Source of the DNA: Bacteroidales bacterium
GTDB lineage: Bacteria; Bacteroidota; Bacteroidia; Bacteroidales; UBA932
Assembly: GCA_029007435.1 (NCBI GenBank)
Contig: JAQXHU010000122.1
Coordinates: forward strand, 4,063 to 68,062
DNA: 64,000 nucleotides
Reading direction: 5' to 3'
Made by a program: the position numbers and the translations under genes
Shown here: positions 9,772 through 18,677 of the stretch, piece after piece
How positions within the stretch are numbered: the stretch's first letter is position 1
How the letters are laid out: every line of letters begins with the position of its first letter
The notes under the pieces: generated by a model
The model's database searches: none
The model's input: only the letters and a program-made list of their open reading frames with translations
What the model was told of the DNA's origin: nothing

Positions 9772-10953
9772 TTAAACAATCCTATATGAACGGCTGGTAG
9801 TGGTAAGCCGGCCATTCGGGTCCAAATGGTCAATAGTCACGATTCCAGGCCGCGCCCCTGGAACAAACCTGCCGAGATCTTTTCTGCCCAGGAAATCAGC
9901 CCCGTTGGCAGTGGCCCATACCAGCATCTGTCCGAGCGGTATATCCGGGAAATTCTCCTGGAGGCAGAACAGTTCCCGCACCATATCCAGATCATCGTTG
10001 CTCGACAGGGAATCAGTACCAACCGTAAGGCTTATTCCGGATGAAGCAAGAAGCTGTACATCCGGCAAAGCATTATGTATAAATATATTAGAGCAAGGGC
10101 AAAGGGCCACGAACGGATGACGCATCACCTTCTTCACGGCATCAATTCCCTCCTGATTCATACACACTTCGTGCACGAGCAGGATATGCTCATCAAACGG
10201 GGCAGGATGCGCTTTCTCAAGTCTGTCAATGAAATACAGCAACGAAGAAGTTCCTGTCACTGGAGGAAGACTCATTCCTGCCCTGCGGCGGTTTTCATAC
10301 ATCTTGCCCGAACCAGAAATCAGCATCTCCTCTTCTTCTTCGGACTCATCACTGTGATATGAAAGGAAGCCGGACTTCAAGCCTTCAGCAGACACAGCAG
10401 TAAGCAGTTCAGGGCTGGTGGTATAGCAGGCGTGAGGAGTCGGAGCGGCATCCAGGCCGATACTGTCCGCTTTCCTTTTCAGAGCAGCCACGGCCGCCAT
10501 AACAGCGCCGCAGTCCTCCGGCTCAGTGCCGAAAACTTCAAGAAACGTTCTGGTGTACATCGGGGAAGCTTTTTTAGCCTCGAAAGAGTCATCGCAATTG
10601 CTGATGTCAGCCATCGCTGAGACTCCCCGCTTCCACATTGTGTCCAGCCAGCGTGAGATACATTCTTTTTTCTCCTCTAAAGTCACAGTGTCACGCAGGG
10701 CATTGATCTGGTCAATGAAACCCGCCATCCCTGTCCCTTTCCGGAACTTGTCCTGCATATATGACAGTTCAAGATGGCAATGGGAGTTAACGAATCCCGG
10801 CACCACTGCTCCCCTGAACCTTTCTCCGCCAGGCGCTTCAACACCTCCTGCCACGGCGGTCACCGTGCCGTCTTCATCATATTCAATGTAACCGTTCCTG
10901 ACCGGCTCGGATGATAAACCGGTATATATGTAATCCGCATATATTCTTCTCAT
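9772..10953 (-). CDS. Amidohydrolase family protein (deaminase-like)
   Basis: PGFVNSHCHLE, PHACY, LCPCSN, GTDSLSSND metal-binding motifs. Confidence 0.88.
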   Translation of the reverse strand: MRRIYADYIYTGLSSEPVRNGYIEYDEDGTVTAVAGGVEAPGGERFRGAVVPGFVNSHCHLELSYMQDKFRKGTGMAGFIDQINALRDTVTLEEKKECISRWLDTMWKRGVSAMADISNCDDSFEAKKASPMYTRTFLEVFGTEPEDCGAVMAAVAALKRKADSIGLDAAPTPHACYTTSPELLTAVSAEGLKSGFLSYHSDESEEEEEMLISGSGKMYENRRRAGMSLPPVTGTSSLLYFIDRLEKAHPAPFDEHILLVHEVCMNQEGIDAVKKVMRHPFVALCPCSNIFIHNALPDVQLLASSGISLTVGTDSLSSNDDLDMVRELFCLQENFPDIPLGQMLVWATANGADFLGRKDLGRFVPGARPGIVTIDHLDPNGRLTTTSRSYRIV

Positions 10954-11690
10954 CGCTTCAATTTTTTCTCGATTACAAGCTCCTCGTCATTAATTCTCGG
11001 AGGAAGCAGTTTACGGTTGAGTTTCCCTGATTCATCCTTATTTCCGGCAGGCGGGGACAAGATTTTCCTGTCAATCTTCACTGGTTCAGCCGGCACCGCT
11101 TTCTCAAGGGAGTCCCGCACTGAAACGGAATCCGCTACCGAAAGGGTGTCAGCGTCTCTTACACTGAACACCGGGCCGTAATACACTGTATCAGGAAAAA
11201 TGCGCCGCCACTCATATAGTCCGGTTGAATCCGGAACAATCCATACCGTGTCCTTGCGCACCGAATCCCGTCCATCGCCGAGGAAAACCTCCGCCCTCCG
11301 GAACGGCATAGCCTCTATCGCCCGCCGGATACTGTCAAGCCTTGACTGTCTGCGCTCCTCCACGGTAAGTTCGTCTATCCTCTTCTGAAGAATGCCCTTG
11401 ACATCCTCCAAAATCTTCCCGAAAAGCTCAGGATCTTCCATATAATGATTGACACTGGTGACATAATCTATAGCCTTGTAGCCGTGCTTTTCCAGTATCG
11501 GAGCATAGACCAGCGACGTGTCTGCGATTTTCGACTCTGCATAATTGTCCCTCAGCCACTGGTCAGCCAAGAGCATCCCGGCATAAATCTCAGCCAGGTC
11601 GTCACGAGGAATGACCTTGCCCCGCTCCCCGCAGGAAAACACTGTGAGGGCAGCGGCAATGGCCAGTACAATATGCGGAAGTCTCTTCAT
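10950..11690 (-). CDS. DUF4296-like lipoprotein
   Basis: Lipobox VFSC followed by KVIPRDDLAEIYAGMLLAD...ILEKHG...SVNHY pattern. Confidence 0.7.
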   Translation of the reverse strand: MKRLPHIVLAIAAALTVFSCGERGKVIPRDDLAEIYAGMLLADQWLRDNYAESKIADTSLVYAPILEKHGYKAIDYVTSVNHYMEDPELFGKILEDVKGILQKRIDELTVEERRQSRLDSIRRAIEAMPFRRAEVFLGDGRDSVRKDTVWIVPDSTGLYEWRRIFPDTVYYGPVFSVRDADTLSVADSVSVRDSLEKAVPAEPVKIDRKILSPPAGNKDESGKLNRKLLPPRINDEELVIEKKLKR

Positions 11691-11693
11691 ATA

Positions 11694-14153
11694 TTACCTC
11701 AGGACAGCACCGAAGGAGTTCTGGAATGTGGCGAGAAGACGGTCAACAGCTTTCTCGATCTCCTGATCAGTAAGTGTCTTGTCCGGATCCTGGAATATGA
11801 AGTTCATAGCGTACTGCTTCTTTCCTTCCGGAATCTTGTCTCCCCGGTAAACATCGAAGAGCGAAACCTGCTTGAGAATTTTCTTCACAGCCTTGTGGGC
11901 AGCTCTTGAGAGGTCGGCATACGAAACAGACTCATCAATCAGCAGCGCAAGATCTCTTCTGACCTCAGGGAATTTCGGCATTTCCTGGAATTTCACCTTG
12001 ACTCTCGCCGCAAGTTTCAGCAGGGTCTGCCAGCAGATCTCTGCCGCGAACACAGGCTGGCGGATATCGAATCTCCGTGCCAAGGCAGGAAGCACTGTTC
12101 CGATGGTGGCAAGCTGCTCGTGCGTTCCCGGCAGGCTGTAAACGATGCCCTCCGCGAAAATATCGGATGGAGCTGCCTGCGCCTCAAGCGAATAGATGTC
12201 CACACCATATCTCTTGAGAAGCAGTTCGAGATAGCCTTTCAGTTCAAAGTAGCTGCCTTTCTGGCCTCCGTTCCTCCAGGACTTGGCCGTGGTCCCGGAA
12301 ATGAACATAGCGAAGCACTGGTGCTCCTCGTACGATGCGAGGGTCTTCCCGTCAGTTTCAGGAAGTCTCTGATATACAGAGCCGTATTCGAAAGTCTTCA
12401 GTGAATTCACCTGACGGTTCAGATTGTACGAAATAACCTCCAGGCCATTGAGAATCAGGGTCTGCCTCATCACATTCAAATCTGCGCTGAGAGGATTCAC
12501 GATGCGGACGCATCTCTCCTCCGGTAATGTCGCAAGTCCCGCATAGTAAGCGCTCTTGGTGAGAGAGTTGTTCATTGTCTCAGCGAAGCCGTTGGCGGCC
12601 AAGAAGTTGGAGATATAGTTACGTACAGCTTCCGGATCCGGAACCGGCGTGGTTCCGACAGACATTTTCATACTGTGCGGAAGTTCGATATTGTTGTAGC
12701 TGTAGATTCGGAGAATCTCCTCCACGACATCGCATTCGCGGTAAACGTCAATCATATATGACGGGGCAGCAACCTTTGCTCCGGAAGGAGCGCCATTTGC
12801 GTCAGTGTACTTCTCTATGAAATCGTATGCGAGCCATCCGAGAATGTTCTCAATGACGTCGTGACCAATCTTCTTGCCGATGAACTTCTCAATCCTGTCA
12901 TAATCAAGGTCAATGACCTTTTTCCGGATTGGCTCGGGATAAGAGACCTGGACTTTTCCGACAACGGTACCGCCGGCAAGTTCCTGAATAAGCAGGGCAG
13001 CACGTCTGGCAGCGAATGGAATGATGCCCGGGTCCGCTCCCCTCTCATACCGGAACGATGCATCTGTCTGGAGTCCATGGGTCTTGGAAGTCTTGCGTAT
13101 TGAGCCGGGATCAAAGTATGCACTTTCAAGGAACACATTGACAGTATTTTCAGTAACGCCCGAATCAATTCCGCCGAACACTCCGGCGATGCACATCGGC
13201 CCTTCAGCATTGGCGATGACCATATCGTTTGCGTGCAAAGTCCTCTCCACTCCGTCAAGTGTGACAATCTTTTCATTCTCTCCGGCACGGCGTACAATCA
13301 CTTTGCCTCCGGCAATCTTGTCCGCATCGAAAGTGTGTAGCGGCTGGCCGAGCTCGAAAAGAACGAAGTTGGAAATGTCAACTACATTGTTGATAGGATG
13401 CAGGCCGATTGAGAAAAGTTTCTTCTGAAGCCACTCAGGAGACGGGCCCACTTTTACATTGCGGATTGTTATGCCCTGATACTCAGGAGCTCCGTCGACA
13501 TCGACCACGTCAACAGGAATGGCCTCACCTTCGCCCTCTTCGAAAGCGCTGACATCCGGATATGAGAAAGAGCAAGGTATATCATTAAGCTTCAGATATG
13601 CGTAAAGATCCCTTGCCACACCGATATGTGACGCCGCGTCAACCCTGTTGGCAGTGATTTCATATTCTATAACAGCATCTGACTTCAGATGAAGATATTC
13701 TTTGGCAGAAGTTCCGACCGGAGCGTCAGCAGGAAGAACCTTGATACCTGAATGGTCGTTGCCAATTCCAAGTTCATCCTCCGCGCAGATCATTCCAAGC
13801 GACTCCACTCCACGAATTTTGGATTTCTTGATTTTGAAATCACCCGGAAGTACGGAGCCGACTCTGGCAAAAAGGACTCTCTGTCCGGCAGCCACATTAG
13901 GCGCACCACATACCACGGTAAGAAGTTCACCTGAGCCGTCATCGACTTTTGTGATATGAAGGTGGTCCGAATTAGGATGCGCCTCACATTCTTTCACTTC
14001 CGCAACCACAACTCCGGCAAGTCCACCGGGAATCTCTTCTTCCTCGGATACGGAATCCACCTCGATTCCGATGGAAGTCATCGCTTCAGCAATCTGCTGC
14101 GGATTCAGATCGCACGCCAGATATTCCTTAAGCCAGCTATAAGAAAGTTTCAT
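11694..14153 (-). CDS. pheT: Phenylalanine--tRNA ligase beta subunit
   Basis: MKLSYSWLKEY, VVCGAPNV, ITANRVD, ASFRYERG, FPEVRRDLAL; 819 aa. Confidence 0.97.
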   Translation of the reverse strand: MKLSYSWLKEYLACDLNPQQIAEAMTSIGIEVDSVSEEEEIPGGLAGVVVAEVKECEAHPNSDHLHITKVDDGSGELLTVVCGAPNVAAGQRVLFARVGSVLPGDFKIKKSKIRGVESLGMICAEDELGIGNDHSGIKVLPADAPVGTSAKEYLHLKSDAVIEYEITANRVDAASHIGVARDLYAYLKLNDIPCSFSYPDVSAFEEGEGEAIPVDVVDVDGAPEYQGITIRNVKVGPSPEWLQKKLFSIGLHPINNVVDISNFVLFELGQPLHTFDADKIAGGKVIVRRAGENEKIVTLDGVERTLHANDMVIANAEGPMCIAGVFGGIDSGVTENTVNVFLESAYFDPGSIRKTSKTHGLQTDASFRYERGADPGIIPFAARRAALLIQELAGGTVVGKVQVSYPEPIRKKVIDLDYDRIEKFIGKKIGHDVIENILGWLAYDFIEKYTDANGAPSGAKVAAPSYMIDVYRECDVVEEILRIYSYNNIELPHSMKMSVGTTPVPDPEAVRNYISNFLAANGFAETMNNSLTKSAYYAGLATLPEERCVRIVNPLSADLNVMRQTLILNGLEVISYNLNRQVNSLKTFEYGSVYQRLPETDGKTLASYEEHQCFAMFISGTTAKSWRNGGQKGSYFELKGYLELLLKRYGVDIYSLEAQAAPSDIFAEGIVYSLPGTHEQLATIGTVLPALARRFDIRQPVFAAEICWQTLLKLAARVKVKFQEMPKFPEVRRDLALLIDESVSYADLSRAAHKAVKKILKQVSLFDVYRGDKIPEGKKQYAMNFIFQDPDKTLTDQEIEKAVDRLLATFQNSFGAVLR

Positions 14154-14192
14154 ACTTTCGAAAAATTATTATTGTTTATATTCTCTATTCTT

Positions 14193-15131
14193 TCAGGCAA
14201 TGTCCCCAGGATTGAACAGGGATGCCGCAAACTCTTTTTTATCAAACACTTTCAGGTCTTCTACACCCTCGCCTATCCCAATGAACTTAATCGGGACTTT
14301 CATCTGGTCAACAATGCCGATGACCACTCCTCCCTTGGCCGACCCGTCGAGTTTCGTCACCGCCAGGGAGGTGATGTCAGTGGCCTTGGCGAATTCACGG
14401 GCCTGCTGGTATGCATTCTGGCCGGTGGAACCGTCAAGCACAAGCATAACTTCATTCGGGGCGTCCGGAATCACTTTCCGGATGACATTCCTTATCTTGG
14501 TGAGCTCATTCATCAGGTTCACCCTGTTGTGCAGGCGGCCGGCGGTGTCGATTATGACAACATCCGCTTTCTTCGCGACTGCCGAACTGACAGTGTCATA
14601 GGCCACCGAAGCCGGATCCGAGCCCATTTCCTGTTTCACTATCCCGACACCTGCACGGTCAGCCCATATCTGGAGCTGCTCAACAGCCGCAGCCCTGAAC
14701 GTGTCCGCCGCACCGAGTATGACGGTCTTTCCGGCAGCTTTCAACTTGGCGGCCAGTTTGCCGATAGTAGTGGTCTTGCCCACGCCGTTGACTCCTACAA
14801 CAAGGATGACATAAGGTTTCTTTGAGAAATCGAAAGGCAGTCCGTCCTGAGGTGTGGGATCTTCTTTCCCGACATCCATCAGGGATGCAATCTCCTCCCG
14901 GAGCATTCCGACAAGTTCATCCATCGACATATACTTGTCGCGCTCCACTCTGTCCTCAAGATTGTCGATAATTTTCAGGGTAGTGTCAACGCCCATATCC
15001 GATGACACCAGAGCCTCCTCAATAGCGTCGAGGACATCTTCATCGACTCGTGACTTGCCCACTACCGCTCTTGAGAGCCTCTTGAAGAAACCCTCATTGG
15101 TCTTTTTTACCCCTTTGTCAAATATTCCCAT
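14193..15131 (-). CDS. ftsY: Signal recognition particle receptor FtsY
   Basis: GVNGVGKTTT, DTFRAAA, DTAGRLH, TKLDGSAKGG. Confidence 0.97.
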   Translation of the reverse strand: MGIFDKGVKKTNEGFFKRLSRAVVGKSRVDEDVLDAIEEALVSSDMGVDTTLKIIDNLEDRVERDKYMSMDELVGMLREEIASLMDVGKEDPTPQDGLPFDFSKKPYVILVVGVNGVGKTTTIGKLAAKLKAAGKTVILGAADTFRAAAVEQLQIWADRAGVGIVKQEMGSDPASVAYDTVSSAVAKKADVVIIDTAGRLHNRVNLMNELTKIRNVIRKVIPDAPNEVMLVLDGSTGQNAYQQAREFAKATDITSLAVTKLDGSAKGGVVIGIVDQMKVPIKFIGIGEGVEDLKVFDKKEFAASLFNPGDIA

Positions 15132-15191
15132 ATTATTACTTGAGCAACAAGTTAAATCAAGTCAGCAAATATAATGAAAATACCGCTAAAC

Positions 15192-15233
15192 AAAAAGGGG
15201 AGCAGCCCCAAATCGAGTGCTGCACCCCTTTTT
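15192..15233 (-). terminator. Rho-independent terminator after rpmB-rpmG-DUF4295
   Basis: Minus strand AAAAAGGGGTGCAGC-loop-GCTGCTCCCCTTTTT: GC-rich stem with T tract. Confidence 0.75.
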
Positions 15234-15258
15234 ATACGTATTATCCCGTTTGAAGATA

Positions 15259-15417
15259 TTATTTCTTCTCGAAGAACTCTTTCTCTTTGCCTGCATCAAC
15301 GAACTGCTCAACAAAGACATAAGCGCCAGTCTTTGGAGATTTGTCCATACGGATGCACTTTACAATGCTTCTTGCGCCAGCTTTGGCTGCGAAGGTTGCG
15401 ACTGCTTTCTTTGCCAT
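15259..15417 (-). CDS. DUF4295 family small protein (52 aa)
   Basis: Translated by hand: MAKKAVATFAAKAGARSIVKCIRMDKSPKTGAYVFVEQFVDAGKEKEFFEKK; usual position between rpmG and ftsY in Bacteroidota. Too short for the ORF track. Confidence 0.88.
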   Translation of the reverse strand: MAKKAVATFAAKAGARSIVKCIRMDKSPKTGAYVFVEQFVDAGKEKEFFEKK

Positions 15418-15433
15418 ATATCGTTCTCCTTAA

Positions 15434-15622
15434 TTATTTAATCTCACGGTGAAGAGTGACCTTGTGGAGGTATGGGTTGTATTTCATACGCTCAAGACGG
15501 TCAGGTGTGTTCTTCTTGTTCTTTGTGGTGATATACCTTGACATTCCAGGTACACCGCTCTGCTTCTGCTCTGTGCACTCCAGGATGACCTGCACCCTGT
15601 TTCCTTTAGCTTTCTTTGCCAT
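15434..15622 (-). CDS. rpmG: 50S ribosomal protein L33
   Basis: [12 protein letters not shown]...[17 protein letters not shown]...LHREIK. Confidence 0.96.
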   Translation of the reverse strand: MAKKAKGNRVQVILECTEQKQSGVPGMSRYITTKNKKNTPDRLERMKYNPYLHKVTLHREIK

Positions 15623-15633
15623 AATACTTCTGA

Positions 15634-15876
15634 TTAAACAAGGTCAATATATCCTTTATTCTGTGCGTCCCTGATGGTCTTCTCGAGGCCATTCTTCTCG
15701 ATGTGCCTGATACCTTTGCAGGTTACTTTGAGTGTTACGAACCTCTGCTCTGACTCCAGCCAGAATCTCTTGTTCCTGAGGTTCAAAGAGAATTTTCTCT
15801 TGGTGCGGAGTTTGGAATGAGCGACATTGTTACCGATCATTCTCTTCCTTCCAGTTATTTGACAAACCTTTGCCAT
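15634..15876 (-). CDS. rpmB: 50S ribosomal protein L28
   Basis: [29 protein letters not shown]; start set at ATG 15876. Confidence 0.95.
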   Translation of the reverse strand: MAKVCQITGRKRMIGNNVAHSKLRTKRKFSLNLRNKRFWLESEQRFVTLKVTCKGIRHIEKNGLEKTIRDAQNKGYIDLV

Positions 15877-15960
15877 ATTATTTATACTTTTATAATTTTC
15901 GTTAAAAATATTAGATGCAGGGTGCAAATATCGGGTTTAATTTTCTGAATTCCAAATAAT

Positions 15961-17307
15961 CTACACAAATTTGAAGAACCTGCGCCACCTTACGTTGTTC
16001 GGGAAAGATCTGTTCCTGTCAGTTGACAGCCAGATCAATGCCGGCCTTCCGACAATGTGGTCCTCAGGGACAAATCCCCAATATCGGGAATCCAGTGAAT
16101 TGTGCCTGTTGTCACCCATCATAAAGTAATAATCCTGCTTGAAAGTGTACTCTTCCGACTGTACTCCGTTGATGTATATCGCACCGTCTGCGGAGACTTT
16201 GAGGTCATTGCCTTCATAATCCCTGATAATACGCTCATACAGAGGGAGAACAGAGGCATCGAGCTTGACCGTGGCTCCAGCTTCAGGTATCCAGAGAGGC
16301 CCGTAATTGTCTCTTGTCCATCTGAATTCCTCCCGGAACGGGAACAGCATCAGATAAGAGTCCGGATAGTCCGGAGGATATACGTCCACCTGTTCAGTCA
16401 CACTTACTACATTCGGGCAGCCTTTCACCTGTTCCAGCATCTCCGCCGTCAACGGCATCTGCGGGTATCCGGGAATGCTCTCGTCGAAATAAAGCTCAGC
16501 GAGATTGAGCCCGAGTTTTTCAAGCGTTTTCAGATTGATCCGGGAACCGTTGGTCACCACTTCGTATGTCGTCTGCACTCCCGGCCACACTTCCTGGGCA
16601 ACGGAATTGACATATACCTGTCCGTCAACTATTGACAGAGTGTCACCGGCGACAGCCACACATCTTTTGACGTAATGGTCTTTCTTGTCGGAAGGACGCA
16701 CGACTACAGGTCCATATGACTTTATAGCATAATCCTTTCCGTACAGTCTGCAGACTGTGTAGTAATCGTCTGCCGGAGCTTTCACAAGCACTGAGTCCCC
16801 GTCAGGGAACCCGAAAACGACATAATCTCCCCTTCTTACATTCCTGAATCCTTTCAGTCTCCTGTAGTCATTCTGTATCAGAGTCGAATAGGACTCCTTG
16901 CCGAATATTACATTGTGGGTGAAAGGGACAGTAAGAGGAGTCTGCGGTATCCTCGGTCCGAATGCAAGCTTGCTCACAAAAAGATGGTCTCCGGTGAGCA
17001 ACGAGCTTTCCATTGATGAAGAAGGAATCTTGAATGCCTGGAAGAAGAATATGTTGATGAATGTCACGAACACGACAGCGAAGATGATGGCATCGAGCCA
17101 ATCCAGCAGGGTGTTGCGCTTCTCCCCTTCCTTGTAGTATTTTTTCCAGAACAGCCATTTCACCTTTCTGGTGATATGGTGGTCGAAAATCACCACAAGC
17201 CCGAAGAGCCACCAATAATTCCCGAGCCAGATCACCCACAGCAAATAGAGGAAGGACCAGAAGCCCATCCTTGCCCATCTGTTATGGTATAGATCCCTCA
17301 GATTCAT
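15961..17307 (-). CDS. lepB: Signal peptidase I
   Basis: FKIPSSSME (catalytic Ser), YVKRCVA (catalytic Lys), MMGDNRHNSLDSRYWGFVP. Confidence 0.95.
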   Translation of the reverse strand: MNLRDLYHNRWARMGFWSFLYLLWVIWLGNYWWLFGLVVIFDHHITRKVKWLFWKKYYKEGEKRNTLLDWLDAIIFAVVFVTFINIFFFQAFKIPSSSMESSLLTGDHLFVSKLAFGPRIPQTPLTVPFTHNVIFGKESYSTLIQNDYRRLKGFRNVRRGDYVVFGFPDGDSVLVKAPADDYYTVCRLYGKDYAIKSYGPVVVRPSDKKDHYVKRCVAVAGDTLSIVDGQVYVNSVAQEVWPGVQTTYEVVTNGSRINLKTLEKLGLNLAELYFDESIPGYPQMPLTAEMLEQVKGCPNVVSVTEQVDVYPPDYPDSYLMLFPFREEFRWTRDNYGPLWIPEAGATVKLDASVLPLYERIIRDYEGNDLKVSADGAIYINGVQSEEYTFKQDYYFMMGDNRHNSLDSRYWGFVPEDHIVGRPALIWLSTDRNRSFPNNVRWRRFFKFV

Positions 17308-17314
17308 CAGCTAC

Positions 17315-17659
17315 CTATTTTACCTGGTTTACGATAGCTTCGAAAGCCTTCGGATTATTCATAGCAAGGTCTGCGAGAACTTTGCGGTTGAGACCTACGT
17401 TCTGCTTTGCGAGCTTGCCCATAAACTGTGAGTAAGACATTCCGTACTGGCGCGCTGCAGCGTTGATACGCTGAATCCACAGAGCGCGGAACTCACGTTT
17501 CTTGGCTTTGCGGTCGCGGTAAGCGTAGGTAAGACCCTTCTCATAGGTGTTCTTCGCTACCGTCCAGACATTCTTTCTGGAAAGGAAATAGCCGCGGGTT
17601 TTCTTGAGAAGCTTCTTGCGGCGAGCCCTTGAGGCTACTGAATTTACTGATCTTGGCAT
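17315..17659 (-). CDS. rplT: 50S ribosomal protein L20
   Basis: [16 protein letters not shown]...YAYRDRK...[14 protein letters not shown]. Confidence 0.97.
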   Translation of the reverse strand: MPRSVNSVASRARRKKLLKKTRGYFLSRKNVWTVAKNTYEKGLTYAYRDRKAKKREFRALWIQRINAAARQYGMSYSQFMGKLAKQNVGLNRKVLADLAMNNPKAFEAIVNQVK

Positions 17660-17742
17660 AAATTTTACTTTTTCTGGATACAGTGACCGTAACCGGTTCT
17701 TTTGCGACTGTAATCCTGATTACACTTAATGATTGATTGAAA

Positions 17743-17937
17743 TTAGATTACCAGAAGCTCTTTGACCCTCTTCACATCCACTGTGTGGACAAGTGCGAAA
17801 TGGTCAAGATTTCTCTTCTGCTTCTTGGTCTTCTTGGTGAGGATGTGGCTGTGATAAGCGTGCTTCCTCTTGATTTTTCCCGTTCCGGTAAGCGCGAAAC
17901 GCTTTTTGGCACCGGAGTTGGTTTTAAGCTTTGCCAT
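17743..17937 (-). CDS. rpmI: 50S ribosomal protein L35
   Basis: [36 protein letters not shown]. Confidence 0.97.
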   Translation of the reverse strand: MAKLKTNSGAKKRFALTGTGKIKRKHAYHSHILTKKTKKQKRNLDHFALVHTVDVKRVKELLVI

Positions 17938-18000
17938 TGTTTAAAAAATTAATAATTAATAATATATCCCCTCCCGGACGAGCCGGGAGAGAGATGTCAG

Positions 18001-18645
18001 TTACTTTTTCTTGACAGGAGCGATCATCATTATCATCCTCTTGCCCTCAAGCTGGGGCATATTCTCGGCCCTGCCGTACTCCTCGAGCTCGACTGCGAAA
18101 CGGAGAAGAAGTTTCTCCCCCTGGTCAGCGAACTGGATGGAACGTCCGCGGAAAAATACGGAAGCCTTCACCTTGGAGCCCTCGGAAAGGAACTCCTGGG
18201 CGTGCTTGAGCTTGAACTGGAAATCGTGCTCGTCTGTGTTCGGCCCGAAACGGATCTCCTTGATGACAATCTTGGTGGAGTTCTGCTTCATCTCCTTGGC
18301 CTTTTTCTTCTGCTGGTACAGATATTTCTGATAATCAAGTATCTTGCACACAGGCGGATCTGCCTTGGCGCTGATTTCCACAAGGTCAAGTCCCATATCA
18401 TCGGCCATTCTCATAGCCTGGCCGATGGAATAGATTCCAGGCTCCTCGATATTATCTCCTACAAGACGGACCTGCGTGGCCCTGATCTCGTCATTGATAT
18501 TAAGATCATTCTCGTCCTTGCGACGTGCTGGACCCCGGCTGTCTCTGGGACCTGCCGGTTTAGGGCCGTTCGGTCTTGGAGCCCCGGACGGTCTGCTTCC
18601 TGATGGCTTAGGACCACCAAAGTGCGGTTTGTAAGGCGTTGCGAT
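18001..18645 (-). CDS. infC: Translation initiation factor IF-3 with non-canonical ATC start (214 aa)
   Basis: The frame is open upstream of ATG 18414 through the conserved INDEIRATQVRLVG to ATC 18645. An in-frame TAA lies 6 codons further up and there is no in-frame ATG, GTG or TTG in between. C-domain IKEIRFGP...KVKASVFFRGR. Confidence 0.88.
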   Translation of the reverse strand: MATPYKPHFGGPKPSGSRPSGAPRPNGPKPAGPRDSRGPARRKDENDLNINDEIRATQVRLVGDNIEEPGIYSIGQAMRMADDMGLDLVEISAKADPPVCKILDYQKYLYQQKKKAKEMKQNSTKIVIKEIRFGPNTDEHDFQFKLKHAQEFLSEGSKVKASVFFRGRSIQFADQGEKLLLRFAVELEEYGRAENMPQLEGKRMIMMIAPVKKK

Positions 18646-18677
18646 AAAAAATCCTCCTAAACGTTAAGTTAATATGC

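Noticed and set aside
13956-14825. 289-aa plus-strand ORF
   Set aside because: Antisense to pheT and ftsY, with no motifs.
18001-18414. ORF-track infC start at ATG 18414
   Set aside because: It would cut off the conserved IF3 N-domain; the ATC start at 18645 fits better.
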